This document shows, piece after piece, positions 1-14,821 of a stretch of DNA of 45,700 bases. Position 1 is the stretch's first letter. Every line of letters begins with the position of its first letter. The position numbers were made by a program, and so were the translations under genes. Below the pieces are notes generated by a model that ran no database searches, had not been told where the DNA came from, and saw only the letters and a list, made by a program, of their open reading frames with translations. The stretch is from Octopus bimaculoides (Eukaryota): positions 162,224,140-162,269,839 of the forward strand of contig NC_068983.1 of assembly GCF_001194135.2 (NCBI RefSeq). The letters are read 5' to 3'.

Positions 1-22
1 TGCATTAAACGAGGTTGCAAAG

Positions 23-110
23 AGAAGAAGAAGAAGAAGAAGAAGAAGAAGAAGAAGAAGAAGAAGAAGAAGAAGAAGAAGAAGAAGAAGAAGAAGAAGA
101 AGAAGAAGAG
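23..110. repeat. (AAG)n microsatellite
   Basis: Pure GAA/AAG run directly upstream of the RLE retrotransposon fragment. Confidence 0.98.
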
Positions 111-960
111 ATGGCTAAGAAAAAGTGATCTGAAAGATGCACTGATGCATTGATATGCAGCGCCCAGCAACAAGCTCTGAGAACTAATTACACCAAGTTC
201 CAAGTAGATAAGAGTAGCGAATCACGCCTTTGTAGGATGTGTGACAGTAGAAACGAAACAATCTCATATATTGCGTGTGAGTGTAGCAAGCTAGCCGAAA
301 AGAACTACAACAGGAGGCATGATATTGTGGCTAGGTTCGTCCATTGGAGACTATGTGAAAAGAACGGCCTGAATAGAGCACGGAAATGGTACGAACATGA
401 ACCAGAAGGAGTCAGCGAGAACAAGGAAGATAAGATACTGTGGGATTTTACAATCCAATGTGACTCCCTAATCGAGGCTCGGAGACCAGACATTGTTGTG
501 GTAGATAAAGGGAAAAAAAGGAAACCAAGATGATAGATATTGCAATACCAGGAGATGCACCCACAAGAACCATAAGAACTAGAAAAGATTGAAAAGTACG
601 GACTACTAAAAGACGAAATTACAAGAATGTGGCCTATGAGGAAAGTGTCTGTCATTCCAGTAGTTGTAGAGGCACTCGGAGCACTAGGAACCAAGTTCGA
701 GAAATATGTCAAAGAAATCGGAATTGACATGAGAGCAGAGCAAGGCCAAAGAATTGCTCTGCTGGGGAGAGCTAGGATTTTGAGATTGGTATTTGGATGT
801 TGAATGTCTCCCATGATAATTAAAAACCAAGTATCGAAGCTTATAATGTGCGGAAAGACACCCTGTGAGACATCTGACAGCAGGCTGCTGTCCGTTCTCA
901 CAGAATCTTCCAGAACAAACAAGACGGAACAGTCTGAGAAGTAAAGCAACAATAATAATG
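111..960 (+). mobile_element. 5'-truncated R4/Dong-like RLE non-LTR retrotransposon (CCHC knuckle + restriction-like endonuclease, 3'UTR, (AAT)n tail)
   Basis: Translation gives CRMC..ETISYIACEC..Y.RRHD.VAR.VHW, ILWDFTIQCD..IEARRPDIVV, then after frameshifts ELEKIEKYGLLKDEITRMW..VIPVVVEALG..ALLGRARILRLVFGC* (stop 801-803). This is the typical C-terminus of R4/Dong-type ORFs. Confidence 0.9.
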
Positions 961-970
961 ATAATAATAA

Positions 971-1150
971 TCCTTTCTGCTAAAGGCACAAGGCCCGTAA
1001 TTTTCGGGGAAGGGACTAGTCGATTATATCGACCCCAGTACGCAGCTGGTACTTAATTTATCGACCCCGAAAGAATGAAAGGCAAAGTCGACCTCGGCGG
1101 AATTTGAACTTAGAACGGAGCGACGGGTGAAAAACCGCTAAGCATTTCCT
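971..1150 (-). mobile_element. tRNA-derived SINE, family A (5' end incomplete)
   Basis: Minus strand has B-box GTTCAAATTCC followed by GCCTTTCATTCTTTCGGGGTCGATAAATTAAGTACCAG, which resembles the Meta/MESC central domain (from memory). Many copies occur in the window. Confidence 0.85.
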
Positions 1151-1190
1151 CAATGATGATAATGATGATGATGATGATGATGATGATGAA

Positions 1191-1220
<30 letters not shown>

Positions 1221-1224
<4 letters not shown>

Positions 1225-1389
1225 CAGTGGCAGGCAGTGATTCTCATGTCTTCTCATCTTAATTGATTAAAAGTGCTATCATGTACATGTTTTGTCTAGG
1301 TGTAAACGATTGGCTACAACAAATATTCTGCTCTGTACTGCAGACTTACTGGTCAGTTGCTTGACCTTAACCAGTTGAGCAAGTCCCCT
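1221..1389 (+). mobile_element. 5' fragment of the ~520-bp non-coding repeat (family C)
   Basis: Reverse-complement match to the ends of the copies at 4279-4800 and 40874-41369 (e.g. caaatattctgct, ttgaccttaaccagttgagca); follows a (GAT)n run. Confidence 0.75.
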
Positions 1390-3100
1390 CGATCGGTATC
1401 ATAGCAAACGATGAAGTGATGCAACTGGAGGGAGCCTTCTGTCTCCTGTCATTGGCCTCCTAATCGTCAACTGCCGGTACTATGAACGCGACGAATTTTT
1501 CGTTCGTCCTCAGAGCATCCGCAAGTGGTTTTGTGGGGGAAAATAAAACAGTTTCTGGTCCTTATTATTGTTGCTGGTTCTGCTATTGTCTATTGATCTT
1601 TCATAATTCATATTTGCAACAGAACAGCTTTCTACAATAACTCTATTGGTCTTTCTTCCCACCCTCACAACAGAACATTGCACTAGAATGACTGCAGTCT
1701 TTGGAAGTCACAAAGGCTGACACGTCCATGCAGACATTCTCACCCGTCTACATTCAGGTATTCATATACTTCCATATGCCCTTCCTCAATCATTGGAAAC
1801 CACAACATTCCATATATCAGTCAAGGCTTTCTTTAAACTGCTCTTTTGAGGTCATACAGAGAATCCTTTCGCGTTTTGAGAGGTAAAACTACATAACTTT
1901 TCTCTATTTCTTTCTTCAAAATCGTCAAACGAGGAAGATTAGAGTTTCGTCATATACCCATTCAACATTGTTTTTGTTTTGTTTTGCTTGTTTTGCTTTT
2001 GGTTTTTTTCTCAGAGTTGATCATATTCAGAATTACTTTTTCGCAGGGAAAAGTGGCAACAAATTTGTTACTTTTGTTACCGTTTCGTTTGATGAGAAAT
2101 TTTCATTTTTTCTGTGTAGCACAAAAGTTTGAATTTGATTCTTTTCTTTTTTACTGTCTGTTTGTCAACTGAAGTACTTCCTGTCAGCTGTTATTCTATT
2201 AGTATAAAAGACTAATAATCTACAAATGCTACACTAAAATATTATAACCAAATACTGTCGACTAAATACTTGAACAGGTAACCAGCAAACACTTCTTTAT
2301 TTCTCTAACGACTATCATCGACACCAATTATTACCTTAGATTTACACAGTTATAAAAGAAAAATTCTTGAAAAGGAAATTGTAGCATTTATAAATTTTTA
2401 TTGATTGCAAACATCGATTAATCGATGTTATCGGCAAACATTAAAATTATTGTTTTAATCGGCGATAATAAAGGCGCCATTGTTTGTCTATCGCCTGACA
2501 TGATATCAATATTTTTATGTTTCATAAGAATGCTAATTAGGGGAAGTAATCGGAATATTGGGTATTTAAAAAATACGGCAAATGAACTTGAAAGAAATTA
2601 AATAAAATCTGTAAATGTTTCTTAGTGGTTCCTCATGCCACACTTAAAGTTTAAAAAAATGAATCTCTTTCATCTCAAGAAAAGTTACCAACAGAGGCAA
2701 TGGAGTGTTGGTCGATTAACAATACAAATATAAAGAAACTTAGAATTGAATAGAATTATACATACACAAAACAAAATTACAATACATTCTCAGCATCGAT
2801 GATCTGGCTTCAATTCTTTTACAGTTATTTTCACAAACATATTAAAATATCTTCCACTCCATTGCTTACAAATGATAGCCAGCCAAATATTAAAGTCCTG
2901 GGTAATATTTTGACGGAGCGTTCAAAGAAAAACAGCTTATCGGACTATAGATAACTAAATTACAAGTATATAGTCCATTTTTTGTATTATAGTGCATTGT
3001 TGTACCATTCAAAACTTCTTATTCTTTACAAACAGCTTACGGTTTTAAAGAGCGGTTTACATAGTTTTCTCTGGTCGGTGAACTATCATCATCATCATCA

Positions 3101-3618
3101 TTGCCTTTACACAGGTTCTAACGCTGGAGGTGTACTACATTGTCAGCTGTTTACTACTAGTGAACTAAGGTAACACCTCTTATTTTCGAGCACCTTCCAG
3201 AGTATTCGAGTTGTTCCAAGCTGTGCTGTTTTCTGCAAGTGCTCCACCCTTATTGCAGCCCCTATTTGTTCCACGTACTTCTCAAGATTTTTGCTCACTG
3301 TTCCCAAGGCTCCGACAATTATTGGTACTACTGCTATCTTTTTCATCGACCACAACTGCTTAACCTCCCAAGCTAACCTGTCATATCTATCGACTTTTCT
3401 TTCTTCCTTATCGCATACCTTGTTGTCAGCTGGACATGCTATATCTATGATCCAGCATCGTTTGCTTTCTTTCTCGATTAACACTATGTCTGGCTTCCTA
3501 TTCTCTATCTCATGGTCGCACTGAATTATAAAATCCCATAGGATCTTTGCATTTCTATTTTCGACGATGCCTTCAGGTTTGTGGTCGTACCAATTTTTTG
3601 CTCTGTCAAGTCCATACT
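3101..3618 (-). mobile_element. 5'-truncated R4/Dong-like RLE retrotransposon 3' end
   Basis: Open frame KYGLDRAKNWYDHKPEGIVEN..ILWDFIIQCDHEIENRKPDIVLI..IIDIACPADNKV..KEERKVDRYDRL..PIIVGALG; short 3'UTR then (GAT)n tail at ~3085-3100; 5' junction abuts (TAA)n. Confidence 0.92.
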
Positions 3619-3707
3619 TATTATTATTATAATTATCATTATTATTAATATTATTAATATTATTATTATTATCATCATCATCATCATCATCATTATCATC
3701 ATCATCA

Positions 3708-3765
<58 letters not shown>

Positions 3766-3774
3766 CATTATTAT
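3619..3774. repeat. compound (TTA)n/(TCA)n microsatellite
   Basis: Direct reading; it produces the poly-N/poly-I/poly-D artefact ORFs. Confidence 0.97.
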
Positions 3775-3885
3775 GTTTTGGTTTTGCTTTGATTTGTACA
3801 AGATTGTTCCCAAGTCCCAACCAAAGACGTCAAGAGACAACAAGGCTTTACATCTGAAGATGCTAACTGGTGAGGTGTCACGCAA
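3775..3885 (-). mobile_element. short 3' tip of another Dong-like element (low confidence)
   Basis: Minus strand reads TSPVSIFRCKALLSL, resembling the GTAHILRKVLSL end of these ORFs, then a ggtctttggttgggacttgg-type UTR and an (AAT)n tail. Confidence 0.4.
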
Positions 3886-4278
3886 TTGAAAACACTAATC
3901 TGCCTGATAGAAAAAGACCACATAGTAAGTAAGGCTGCATTTACATGGTGGGGGGGAGGAGGAATTTACGAAGAATACGTGAGGCACCCATAAGTATGAT
4001 CTTTTGTAATTCGCTCATTTTGGGGTTACATACTTGTTTACTCTCCTTGCTATCATTCCAAATGCCCCAATAATAATAGATAATGTCTTGACATTCTTTC
4101 GATTTCAGTCTAAAGCAGCTCCCTATATTTGCTCAGCTTCAGAGGTATGTCTATATCAGTTGGGGCTGCAACATCAATCAGAAGACAAGTCTTTTCAATA
4201 TGATCTTTCACAATGAGGCTACGTCGGTTTACGTATATTTCCTGATCAGTCTAAAAACTGAAACTCCGAATTATTTTT

Positions 4279-4797
4279 GAGTGAAAGAGCAGCACACGCC
4301 ATCAAAGTGACGTGGGGTGCAAATATACGAAGCCCAATATACCCATCGTGACTACCCGTCTGATAAGGGTACACTAGGCGCATGCATCACAACCATGTGT
4401 GCGCGATTTGGTTATCTCACGTCAAGATAAACAGTGCACGACCTTGCAGGTGGGGCCCAGTTAGAATTTTCTTCAGGTCGAGTAGCCCATCTCATTCAAA
4501 AAGTCCCTGAATAAGGGATGTTTAAGAATGTTGAATGAATCATCCATGTTTTAAGAGGTGAATCATTCAAACTCCAAAGAATTCTTCTCAACACATGGCT
4601 ATGATGCTCCCCCACTACTTCTGCTCGTGATCAGAGATGCACATATCGTCAGCCAGCCACTAAGAGATATGCTCATCTGGTTACGGTCAAACAACTGACA
4701 AGCAAATCTGTGGTATTGAGCAGAATATTTGCTGTAGCCCATCTTTTATACCAAGACAAACAATGCACGAGAGCCAATGCCTGGTACTGCATCAAGG

Positions 4798-4800
<3 letters not shown>
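4279..4800 (-). mobile_element. ~520-bp non-coding dispersed repeat (family C)
   Basis: Colinear with 40874-41369 and 44179-44560; bounded by (TTA)n at 4801 and an AAT-rich tail at the other end; no ORF and no obvious A/B box. Strand inferred from the position of the (AAT)n tail. Confidence 0.85.
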
Positions 4801-4873
<73 letters not shown>

Positions 4874-5130
4874 TACTTTTAATTTGCATATTTGTTACAA
4901 TCACTTTCCGAGACACACTCAGCGTCCTATGGCGAGTGAAGGATAAGAGATGTTACAGCATGACTAAAGCTTGGGGGAAGGTGGCAAGAGCAGTAGCGAA
5001 ATGTAATACAACACATATACTTAAACAGATCGGGTTTTTCTAAGAATGTGGGCAGTACTTTTATTTCTCTGAGACATGGTTCTCCTGGGATGCTGTCTAG
5101 ATGCTTCTGACATACATTTTTTATCATACC

Positions 5131-5178
<48 letters not shown>

Positions 5179-5389
5179 GTATTATTATTATTGCTGTTTT
5201 TGCTGTAATCGTTGTTGTTGTTGATGCTTGTACTTTAGTTGTTAGACATATTTGATGATATTGGAGTTGTTGTGTCGTAAAACTCGGTTCCCGCCCTCCG
5301 GCAAAACAAGGAAACTAGAAATCCGTCGGCCTTGGAGAACTAAACAGGAAACCGACGTTGTTGGAAATTGATGAATGAAAAACTCTACC

Positions 5390-6850
<1,461 letters not shown>

Positions 6851-7197
6851 GCCGTAAACTACCTCAACTAAATTCTACTGGCGAAACCTATATACAACCT
6901 TGTCAAAAATCGATCGACGGTAGGACAAATATATTTTAAAAAATTAATTAACCGACTTTTCCACCCAGTTCTGTACCCAAGGTAGGAATCGTATCTTCTT
7001 GATGTTGTTTATTGCTATCTTGCGTGTGTTTTTTCATGCCGTTTATGTTTCGTTTTTACTTTTGCTATTGTTGTTGTTGTTGTTGTTGTTGGTTTTTTTA
7101 AAGGGCATACAGGGGATTCGATTGTTATTCTCATTAACATATTCAAATTATCGTATTTGTAAAGATGATGAAGAAAATTTAGTGATTGTTGTAGCAG

Positions 7198-7237
<40 letters not shown>

Positions 7238-7254
7238 AATAATANNNNNNNNNN

Positions 7255-7298
<44 letters not shown>

Positions 7299-7412
7299 TC
7301 TTTCAAATTTTAGCACAAGACCAGTACTTATTTTATTGGTCCCGAAAGGGGTTATTGTAATACTAATAACAATATTAACAACATAACAATAATAATAATA
7401 ATAATAATAATA

Positions 7413-7440
<28 letters not shown>

Positions 7441-7443
<3 letters not shown>

Positions 7444-7662
7444 CAAATTTTGGCACAAGGCCAGCAATTTTTTTTTCTTTGGTGGAGGGGTTAAGTCGAT
7501 TACATCGACCCCAGTGCTCGTCTGGTACTTACTTTATCGACCCTTAAAGGATGAAAGGGGAAATCGACCCCAGCAGAATTTGAACTCAGAACGTAAAGAT
7601 ATACGAAATACCGCTAAGCATTTTTTCCCGGCGTACGAATGATTCTGCCAGGCTCGCCACCT
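7441..7662 (-). mobile_element. SINE family A, full length
   Basis: Minus strand GGTGGCGAGCCTGGCAGAATC (A-box) ... GAGTTCAAATTC (B-box) ... central domain; flanked by (GAT)n/(AAT)n. Confidence 0.88.
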
Positions 7663-7689
7663 CATAATAATAATAATAATAATAATAAT

Positions 7690-7901
7690 CCTTTCTGCTG
7701 GAAGGACAAGGCCTCAAATTTGTGGAGAAGGGACTAGTCGATTACATCAACCCCAGTATTTCACTGGTACTTAATTTATCGACCCCTAAACAATGAAAGG
7801 CAAAATCGACCTCGGTAGAATTTGAACTCAAAACGCAGCGACGGGCGAAATACCGCTAAGCATTTCGTCCAGCGCGCTAACGATTCTGCCAGCTCGCCGA
7901 C
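7690..7901 (-). mobile_element. SINE family A, full length
   Basis: GGCGAGCTGGCAGAATCGTTAGC head, B-box GTTCAAATTC, central domain; embedded in (AAT)n on both sides. Confidence 0.9.
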
Positions 7902-8025
<124 letters not shown>

Positions 8026-8059
8026 TTATGATGATGATGATGATGATGATGATGATGTG

Positions 8060-8450
8060 ATTAACAAAGTTAACAAACAGTGATTTTAGCTGTAGCTTGT
8101 CCCATCTGACTGAAAGATTTGTGACGAAGAATTGAAGATTGAGAGAGATGAGATCCTTGCGTGGGAGATAAAACCTTTGTAGGCAATGGAAAAGGTTGAG
8201 GTGGCCCCAGTTGTCAGGGTCCTTGGTACTGTGAGCGCCAGAACTGAAATCTATCTTGTTTTTTGTTTTTTGTTTTGTTTTGTTTGTTTTTTTTTAAATT
8301 GGTGACAACATCAGGATAGGACACTTGCAAGAAAACACAGTCCTTGAATCTGCTGGGATTCGTAGAACAGTGCTTGGTAATTGAAGGCCTCACCTCAATC
8401 CACAGGCACCTTTATTACTCCACCAGCAGCAAATGCAATGCGACATGCGG
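8060..8450 (+). mobile_element. degenerate R4/Dong-like RLE 3' end
   Basis: Reads VILAVACPSD*KICDEELKIERDEILAWEIKPL*AMEKVEVAPVVRVLGTVS...IRIGHLQENTVLESAGIRRTVLGN*; between (GAT)n runs. Confidence 0.75.
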
Positions 8451-8454
8451 AATA

Positions 8455-8498
<44 letters not shown>

Positions 8499-8658
8499 AG
8501 TTTCAAGTTGAAAACGTCGACTGGTACTTATTTTATCGACCTCGAAAGGATCAAAGGGCAAAGTCGAGTTCGACGGAATTTGAACTCAGAACATAAAGCC
8601 GGAGGAAATACTGCGAAACATTTTCTTCGGGGTGCTAGTGACAATGCCGGCTCGCCAT
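8499..8658 (-). mobile_element. SINE family A, internally shortened
   Basis: ctggtacttattttatcgacc..gcaaagtcga..ggaatttgaactcagaac..ggctcgcc matches the other copies; a further partial copy lies at ~8758-8875. Confidence 0.8.
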
Positions 8659-9430
8659 CATGGTGGGGGGGGGCGACGATTATGGTGGTGGTGATGATGA
8701 TGAGGATGATGAGGATGAGGATGATGAGGATGAGGATGAGGATGAGGATGATGATGATTTAAAATTTTGGTACAAGGCCAGCAACTTCGGGAAAGGGGAC
8801 AGGTCGTCTGCATTTTGCTCGGCATAGAAATGATTCTGCTGGTACTTACTATTTCATTGACCCCGAAAGGGGGAGGGGGTCGATAATAATAACAATAACA
8901 ATAATAATAATAACAATAANNNNNNNNNNNNNNNNNNNNNNNNNNNNNNNNNNNNNNNNNNNNNNNNNNNNNNNNNNNNNNNNNNNNNNNNNNNNNNNNN
9001 NNNNNNNNNNNNNNNNNNNNNNNNNNNNNNNNNNNNNNNNNNNNNNNNNNNNNNNNNNNNNNNNNNNNNNNNNNNNNNNNNNNNNNNNNNNNNNNNNNNN
9101 NNNNNNNNNNNNNNNNNNNNNNNNNNNNNNNNNNNNNNNNNNNNNNNNNNNNNNNNNNNNNNNNNNNNNNNNNNNNNNNNNNNNNNNNNNNNNNNNNNNN
9201 NNNNNNNNNNNNNNNNNNNNNNNNNNNNNNNNNNNNNNNNNNNNNNNNNNNNNNNNNNNNNNNNNNNNNNNNNNNNNNNNNNNNNNNNNNNNNNNNNNNN
9301 NNNNNNNNNNNNNNNNNNNNNNNNNNNNNNNNNNNNNNNNNNNNNNNNNNNNNNNNNNNNNNNNNNNNNNNNNNNNNNNNNNNNNNNNNNNNNNNNNNNN
9401 NNNNNNNNNNNNNNNNNNNNNNNNNNNNNN

Positions 9431-9685
9431 NGTATATATATATGTATGTGTGTGTGTATGTTTGTGTGTATGTTTGTGTGTCTGTGTTTGTCCCCCTAGT
9501 ATTGCTTGACAACCGATGCTGGTGTGTCTATGTCCCTGTCACTTAGCGGTTCGGCAAAAATGACCGATAGAATAAGTACTAGGCTTACAAAGAATGAGTC
9601 CCGGGGTCGATTTGCTCGACTAAAGGCGGTGCTCCAGCATGACCACAGTCAAATGACTGAAACAAGTAAGTAAAAGAGTAAAAGA
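9431..9685 (+). mobile_element. SINE family B, 3' half
   Basis: tgtttgtcccc..gcttgacaaccgatgctggtgtg..cttagcggttcggcaaaa..ggcggtgctccagcatg..aaatgactgaaacaagtaa; matches copies at 21781 and 26708; 5' part is in the gap. Confidence 0.85.
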
Positions 9686-9692
9686 ATATATG

Positions 9693-9760
<68 letters not shown>

Positions 9761-10439
9761 TGCATATATACATGCGTGTATGCGTAAATCTAAGAAGATT
9801 CACATTGTCTAAGACTAAGTTGTGCAAGACGATCAATTCAGCCAACCGTCAGGCGAAACTTAAAATCACAAACAACACGAATTTTATATATTCGACTCTG
9901 CTCTCAGAATTTCACGATTATCATTGAAATTGCTTTAATATAAACGCATATATAAGTGTGTGTGTGTGTTTGTGTGCGTGTGTGTGTGTGTGTGTACTGA
10001 TATGCATATGTATTATGTGTGTGTATGTATATACGTATGTATGTATGGAATGCATGTGTGTATTTATGTGTGGTTTGTAAATGAAATAGCTACTTGTTTA
10101 AATTATATACCTTTGCGTATATATTGTAGAATTAATTTATAAAAAGGATGACATAAAAAAAGATACTTCGTAATTTTTTCAGATTTCTTGTAGAGATAGT
10201 TACTTCTTTATATATGTATGTGTGTGTGTGTATTTATATTTATACTTATATATATCTATATATAAATATATATATATATATACATGAATACACATATACA
10301 TACATACAAACGTACATATATATATATATATATACACACATGCTATATATATATATAGCATGTATATATATAGCATGTATATATATATAGCATGTATATA
10401 TATATATATACATATATATACGTAAACACACACACGTCC

Positions 10440-10483
<44 letters not shown>

Positions 10484-11305
10484 ATATATATATATATATG
10501 TACGAATGTATTTACATATGTATGTATATTTATATTTATGTATATATANNNNNNNNNNNNNNNNNNNNNNNNNNNNNNNNNNNNNNNNNNNNNNNNNNNN
10601 NNNNNNNNNNNNNNNNNNNNNNNNNNNNNNNNNNNNNNNNNNNNNNNNNNNNNNNNNNNNNNNNNNNNNNNNNNNNNNNNNNNNNNNNNNNNNNNNNNNN
10701 NNNNNNNNNNNNNNNNNNNNNNNNNNNNNNNNNNNNNNNNNNNNNNNNNNNNNNNNNNNNNNNNNNNNNNNNNNNNNNNNNNNNNNNNNNNNNNNNNNNN
10801 NNNNNNNNNNNNNNNNNNNNNNNNNNNNNNNNNNNNNNNNNNNNNNNNNNNNNNNNNNNNNNNNNNNNNNNNNNNNNNNNNNNNNNNNNNNNNNNNNNNN
10901 NNNNNNNNNNNNNNNNNNNNNNNNNNNNNNNNNNNNNNNNNNNNNNNNNNNNNNNNNNNNNNNNNNNNNNNNNNNNNNNNNNNNNNNNNNNNNNNNNNNN
11001 NNNNNNNNNNNNNNNNNNNNNNNNNNNNNNNNNNNNNNNNNNNNNNNNNNNNNNNNNNNNNNNNNNNNNNNNNNNNNNNNNNNNNNNNNNNNNNNNNNNN
11101 NNNNNNNNNNNNNNNNNNNNNNNNNNNNNNNNNNNNNNNNNNNNNNNNNNNNNNNNNNNNNNNNNNNNNNNNNNNNNNCTCTCTTCCTCTCTCTCGCTCT
11201 CTTTTTTTTTGCTGACTATTAAAAAAATAAACCAGACATCTAAATGTTATTTACAAATTATTTCTATTTTATATATGTGTGTATGTGTGCGTGTATGCAT
11301 GCATT

Positions 11306-11337
<32 letters not shown>

Positions 11338-11568
11338 CGTATGTATGTATGTATGTATGTGGGTGTGTGTATGTATGTATGTATGTATGTATGTATGTAT
11401 GTATGTATATATAATTAAAAGTTATAAAGACATGTAATGAACATAAAGACTGCACAAGGACAAAGTTTGAGATGAATGACTTTATATTTACATATTAACG
11501 AACATAAAATTACATATATATACATGTATGTGTGTATGTATGTGTACGTGTGCGTGTGTATATATTTA

Positions 11569-11603
<35 letters not shown>

Positions 11604-11733
11604 ATGTATATACATATACATATACATATAGGGGCGTCAGTACGTGTGCACGTATGTATTATACATGTATATAGATTTCGTGGGAAAAGAGGACGAATGG
11701 AACATAATGCATGAGCATACACATATACATGCC

Positions 11734-11792
<59 letters not shown>

Positions 11793-13148
11793 NNNNNNNN
11801 NNNNNNNNNNNNNNNNNNNNNNNNNNNNNNNNNNNNNNNNNNNNNNNNNNNNNNNNNNNNNNNNNNNNNNNNNNNNNNNNNNNNNNNNNNNNNNNNNNNN
11901 NNNNNNNNNNNNNNNNNNNNNNNNNNNNNNNNNNNNNNNNNNNNNNNNNNNNNNNNNNNNNNNNNNNNNNNNNNNNNNNNNNNNNNNNNNNNNNNNNNNN
12001 NNNNNNNNNNNNNNNNNNNNNNNNNNNNNNNNNNNNNNNNNNNNNNNNNNNNNNNNNNNNNNNNNNNNNNNNNNNNNNNNNNNNNNNNNNNNNNNNNNNN
12101 NNNNNNNNNNNNNNNNNNNNNNNNNNNNNNNNNNNNNNNNNNNNNNNNNNNNNNNNNNNNNNNNNNNNNNNNNNNNNNNNNNNNNNNNNNNNNNNNNNNN
12201 NNNNNNNNNNNNNNNNNNNNNNNNNNNNNNNNNNNNNNNNNNNNNNNNNNNNNNNNNNNNNNNNNNNNNNNNNNNNNNNNNNNNNNNNNNNNNNNNNNNN
12301 NNNNNNNNNNNNNNNNNNNNNNNNNNNNNNNNNNNNATATATATATATATATATATACGCGCGCCCGCGCCCAATGCACTCAGAGGGAGAGGGAAAAGAG
12401 GCAAGGGGCGTGCTATGACGTAAAAACGAATCTCATGTCCATTGGTGATGTGAAGACCCAACGAGACCCCAAATTCCTATTAACGCAATAACAATACGCT
12501 TTTTTTTTGCACGTAATAGGTGAAACATGATTACTGATCAGGTGTCCAATTCTGAAATGAAAGCTGCTTTGAATTGAATTTACAAAACAAACATCTCTGC
12601 TTTGGTGTTAGTCAAAGATACACGATAGAAAATATCTGAAAGAAAGACAAATACATTGAAGAATTAACGGTTATCACTAAAAATTTAACTTACGAAAACT
12701 ACTTCGATTCCAAAGATCGATAAAAAGTTATTTTCAGAAAGGACAGAAAAAAAAAGTGATACCATGTGGTGCTGCTAGCTTAGTCATCTGTCGGTTGATG
12801 CCGGCTTATTGGTTAATATTGATGGTGCTAAGAGTTATCAAACCTTGCTTAGAAAATACTAGAAACGTAAATTTATGTAAGAAAATATTGTTAAAAATAT
12901 TTAATGGAAGACAATAATGTTTCTATACAAAAGGTGAGTCAGAAATATATCTTTTAAATCTCGATTGCTTGCCATAGATTACCCTGTAGTGTATAGATTA
13001 TCTGCTGTAGATTATCGTCTAGTAGAGATTATCTCGTGGTACACAGCGGTATATTGATGAATTTCAAATGTTTTTCAAAGGTTAAAACTATTGAATCAGA
13101 GGACACCGATATTTTTATACTTTACAGGTCCATTTATAATTTATGTAC

Positions 13149-13201
<53 letters not shown>

Positions 13202-13427
13202 NNNNNNNNNNGTGTGGATGTGTGTGTGTATGTACATATATGTCTATGTGTATATGTACATATATGTCTATGTGTATATGTACATATAGGCTTGTGTGAG
13301 CGTATGTATGTACATATATATGTATATACGTATGTTTGTACATTGTGCGTATGGCTGTGCAGGTGTGTTTATATATCTGTTTCCATGTACTTTGGTGTGT
13401 ATGTGTGTGTGTGTGTGTGATTACATA

Positions 13428-13622
13428 TCTTTTATTTCTCCCAGCCGTCAGACTGCAGCCAGACTGGGGCACCGCCTTGGAGAATATTTTTTAGTCGACC
13501 GAATCGAGCACAATATTTTTTAAAGCTTGCTACTTATTCTGTCGGGTTATTTAGCCGAACCGCTAAGTTATGGGGCATAAATACACCAGCAACTGTTGTC
13601 AAGCTATGGTGGGACACAAACA

Positions 13623-13664
<42 letters not shown>

Positions 13665-13823
13665 TATGATGGGCATCTCTCAGTTTCTGTCTACCAAATC
13701 CACTCACAATGATTTGGTCGACCCGAGTCTATAGTAGAGGACACTTGCTCAAGGTGCTACGCATTGGGACTGAACTTGGAACCGTGTGGCTGGAAAAAAG
13801 CAAGCTTCTTTCCACACAGCCAC
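13428..13823 (-). mobile_element. SINE family B (tRNA head, CORE-like domain, internal microsatellite)
   Basis: Minus strand tgtggctgtgtggaaag..ggttccaagttcagtccc..accttgagcaagtgtcctctactatag; internal (TG)n; diverged 3' half. Confidence 0.82.
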
Positions 13824-14577
13824 ATGTGTGTGTACGTGTGTGCGTGTGTGTGTATGCGCGTGTGACTGTGTGTATGTGTACATATATATGTGTGTATATA
13901 TGTGTGTATGCGAAAGTTTGTAAGTATGTGTACAGTATGTGCTCGTATATCATCTATACGTATATATATGTATACATGTATGTCGCTCACTTTCTCTGTT
14001 TGTGTGTGTGCGCGCGCGTGTGTGTGTGTGTGCATATGTGTGTGTGTGTGTATTACTGCAGATGGAAGTCCTCTAATTCTATGTTAAATCTTGGTACAAA
14101 ATTTGTTTTTCCTTCATAGTTTTAGCTTTACTCGGTGTATAAGTCGAATTCCAGTTTTTTTCAGTTAAAATCAATTATAAAATACTGCGAATTATACACG
14201 AATAAACATGGCACGTATATGTGTGTGTGTGTGTGTGTGCGCGCGCGCGTGTAACAGCAGCAGCAGCAGCAGTTTTCTGTGACTATTACAACCAATAGTA
14301 AGAACGCTATGCCAGACGCTCTGCAAATTGAAAAATTACCTCAGGTTATTGTCCTCCATCAGTTTCAAACCTGACCAGTTCTTGCTGCTTGTCAGACAAG
14401 GATTTACTGGTTGGTCTTCACCTTCTTCCAACTGTCCTCTGGAGAATGGGTTGGGAATAGAAAGGGTAATTGCCAGTATTAAACCAGCTTCTGGCGGTTC
14501 CCCGTTGCCAAAGAGTAGTTCTTGTCTCAAGTATATTTGGTGACTTCTGCATACTCACGCGCATATTTACACACACA

Positions 14578-14625
<48 letters not shown>

Positions 14626-14783
14626 TATATATATATATGCACACACATATATACACTCTAATATCAAACAATGAGAATGAGTGCTCAACACAGCAATACG
14701 GCATTGGTTGATAAATGTACTTTATTTGTGGGTTAACAAGTCAGCCGATGGTTGCCTTGTTAGCCCACAACTACACCACACAT

Positions 14784-14821
<38 letters not shown>

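Noticed and set aside
1490-1520. Minus-strand CTGAGGA-cgaac-GAAA hammerhead-like string
   Set aside because: No helix I complement and no palindromic or closed helix III.
4780-4792. cctggtactgca resembles the U2 snRNA 3' region
   Set aside because: Only an 11/12-nt match with no other U2 features; likely chance.
12810-12880. TTGATGG..ctaag/cttag..GAAACGTA hammerhead-like layout
   Set aside because: Core has two changes and helix I does not pair; too weak to call.
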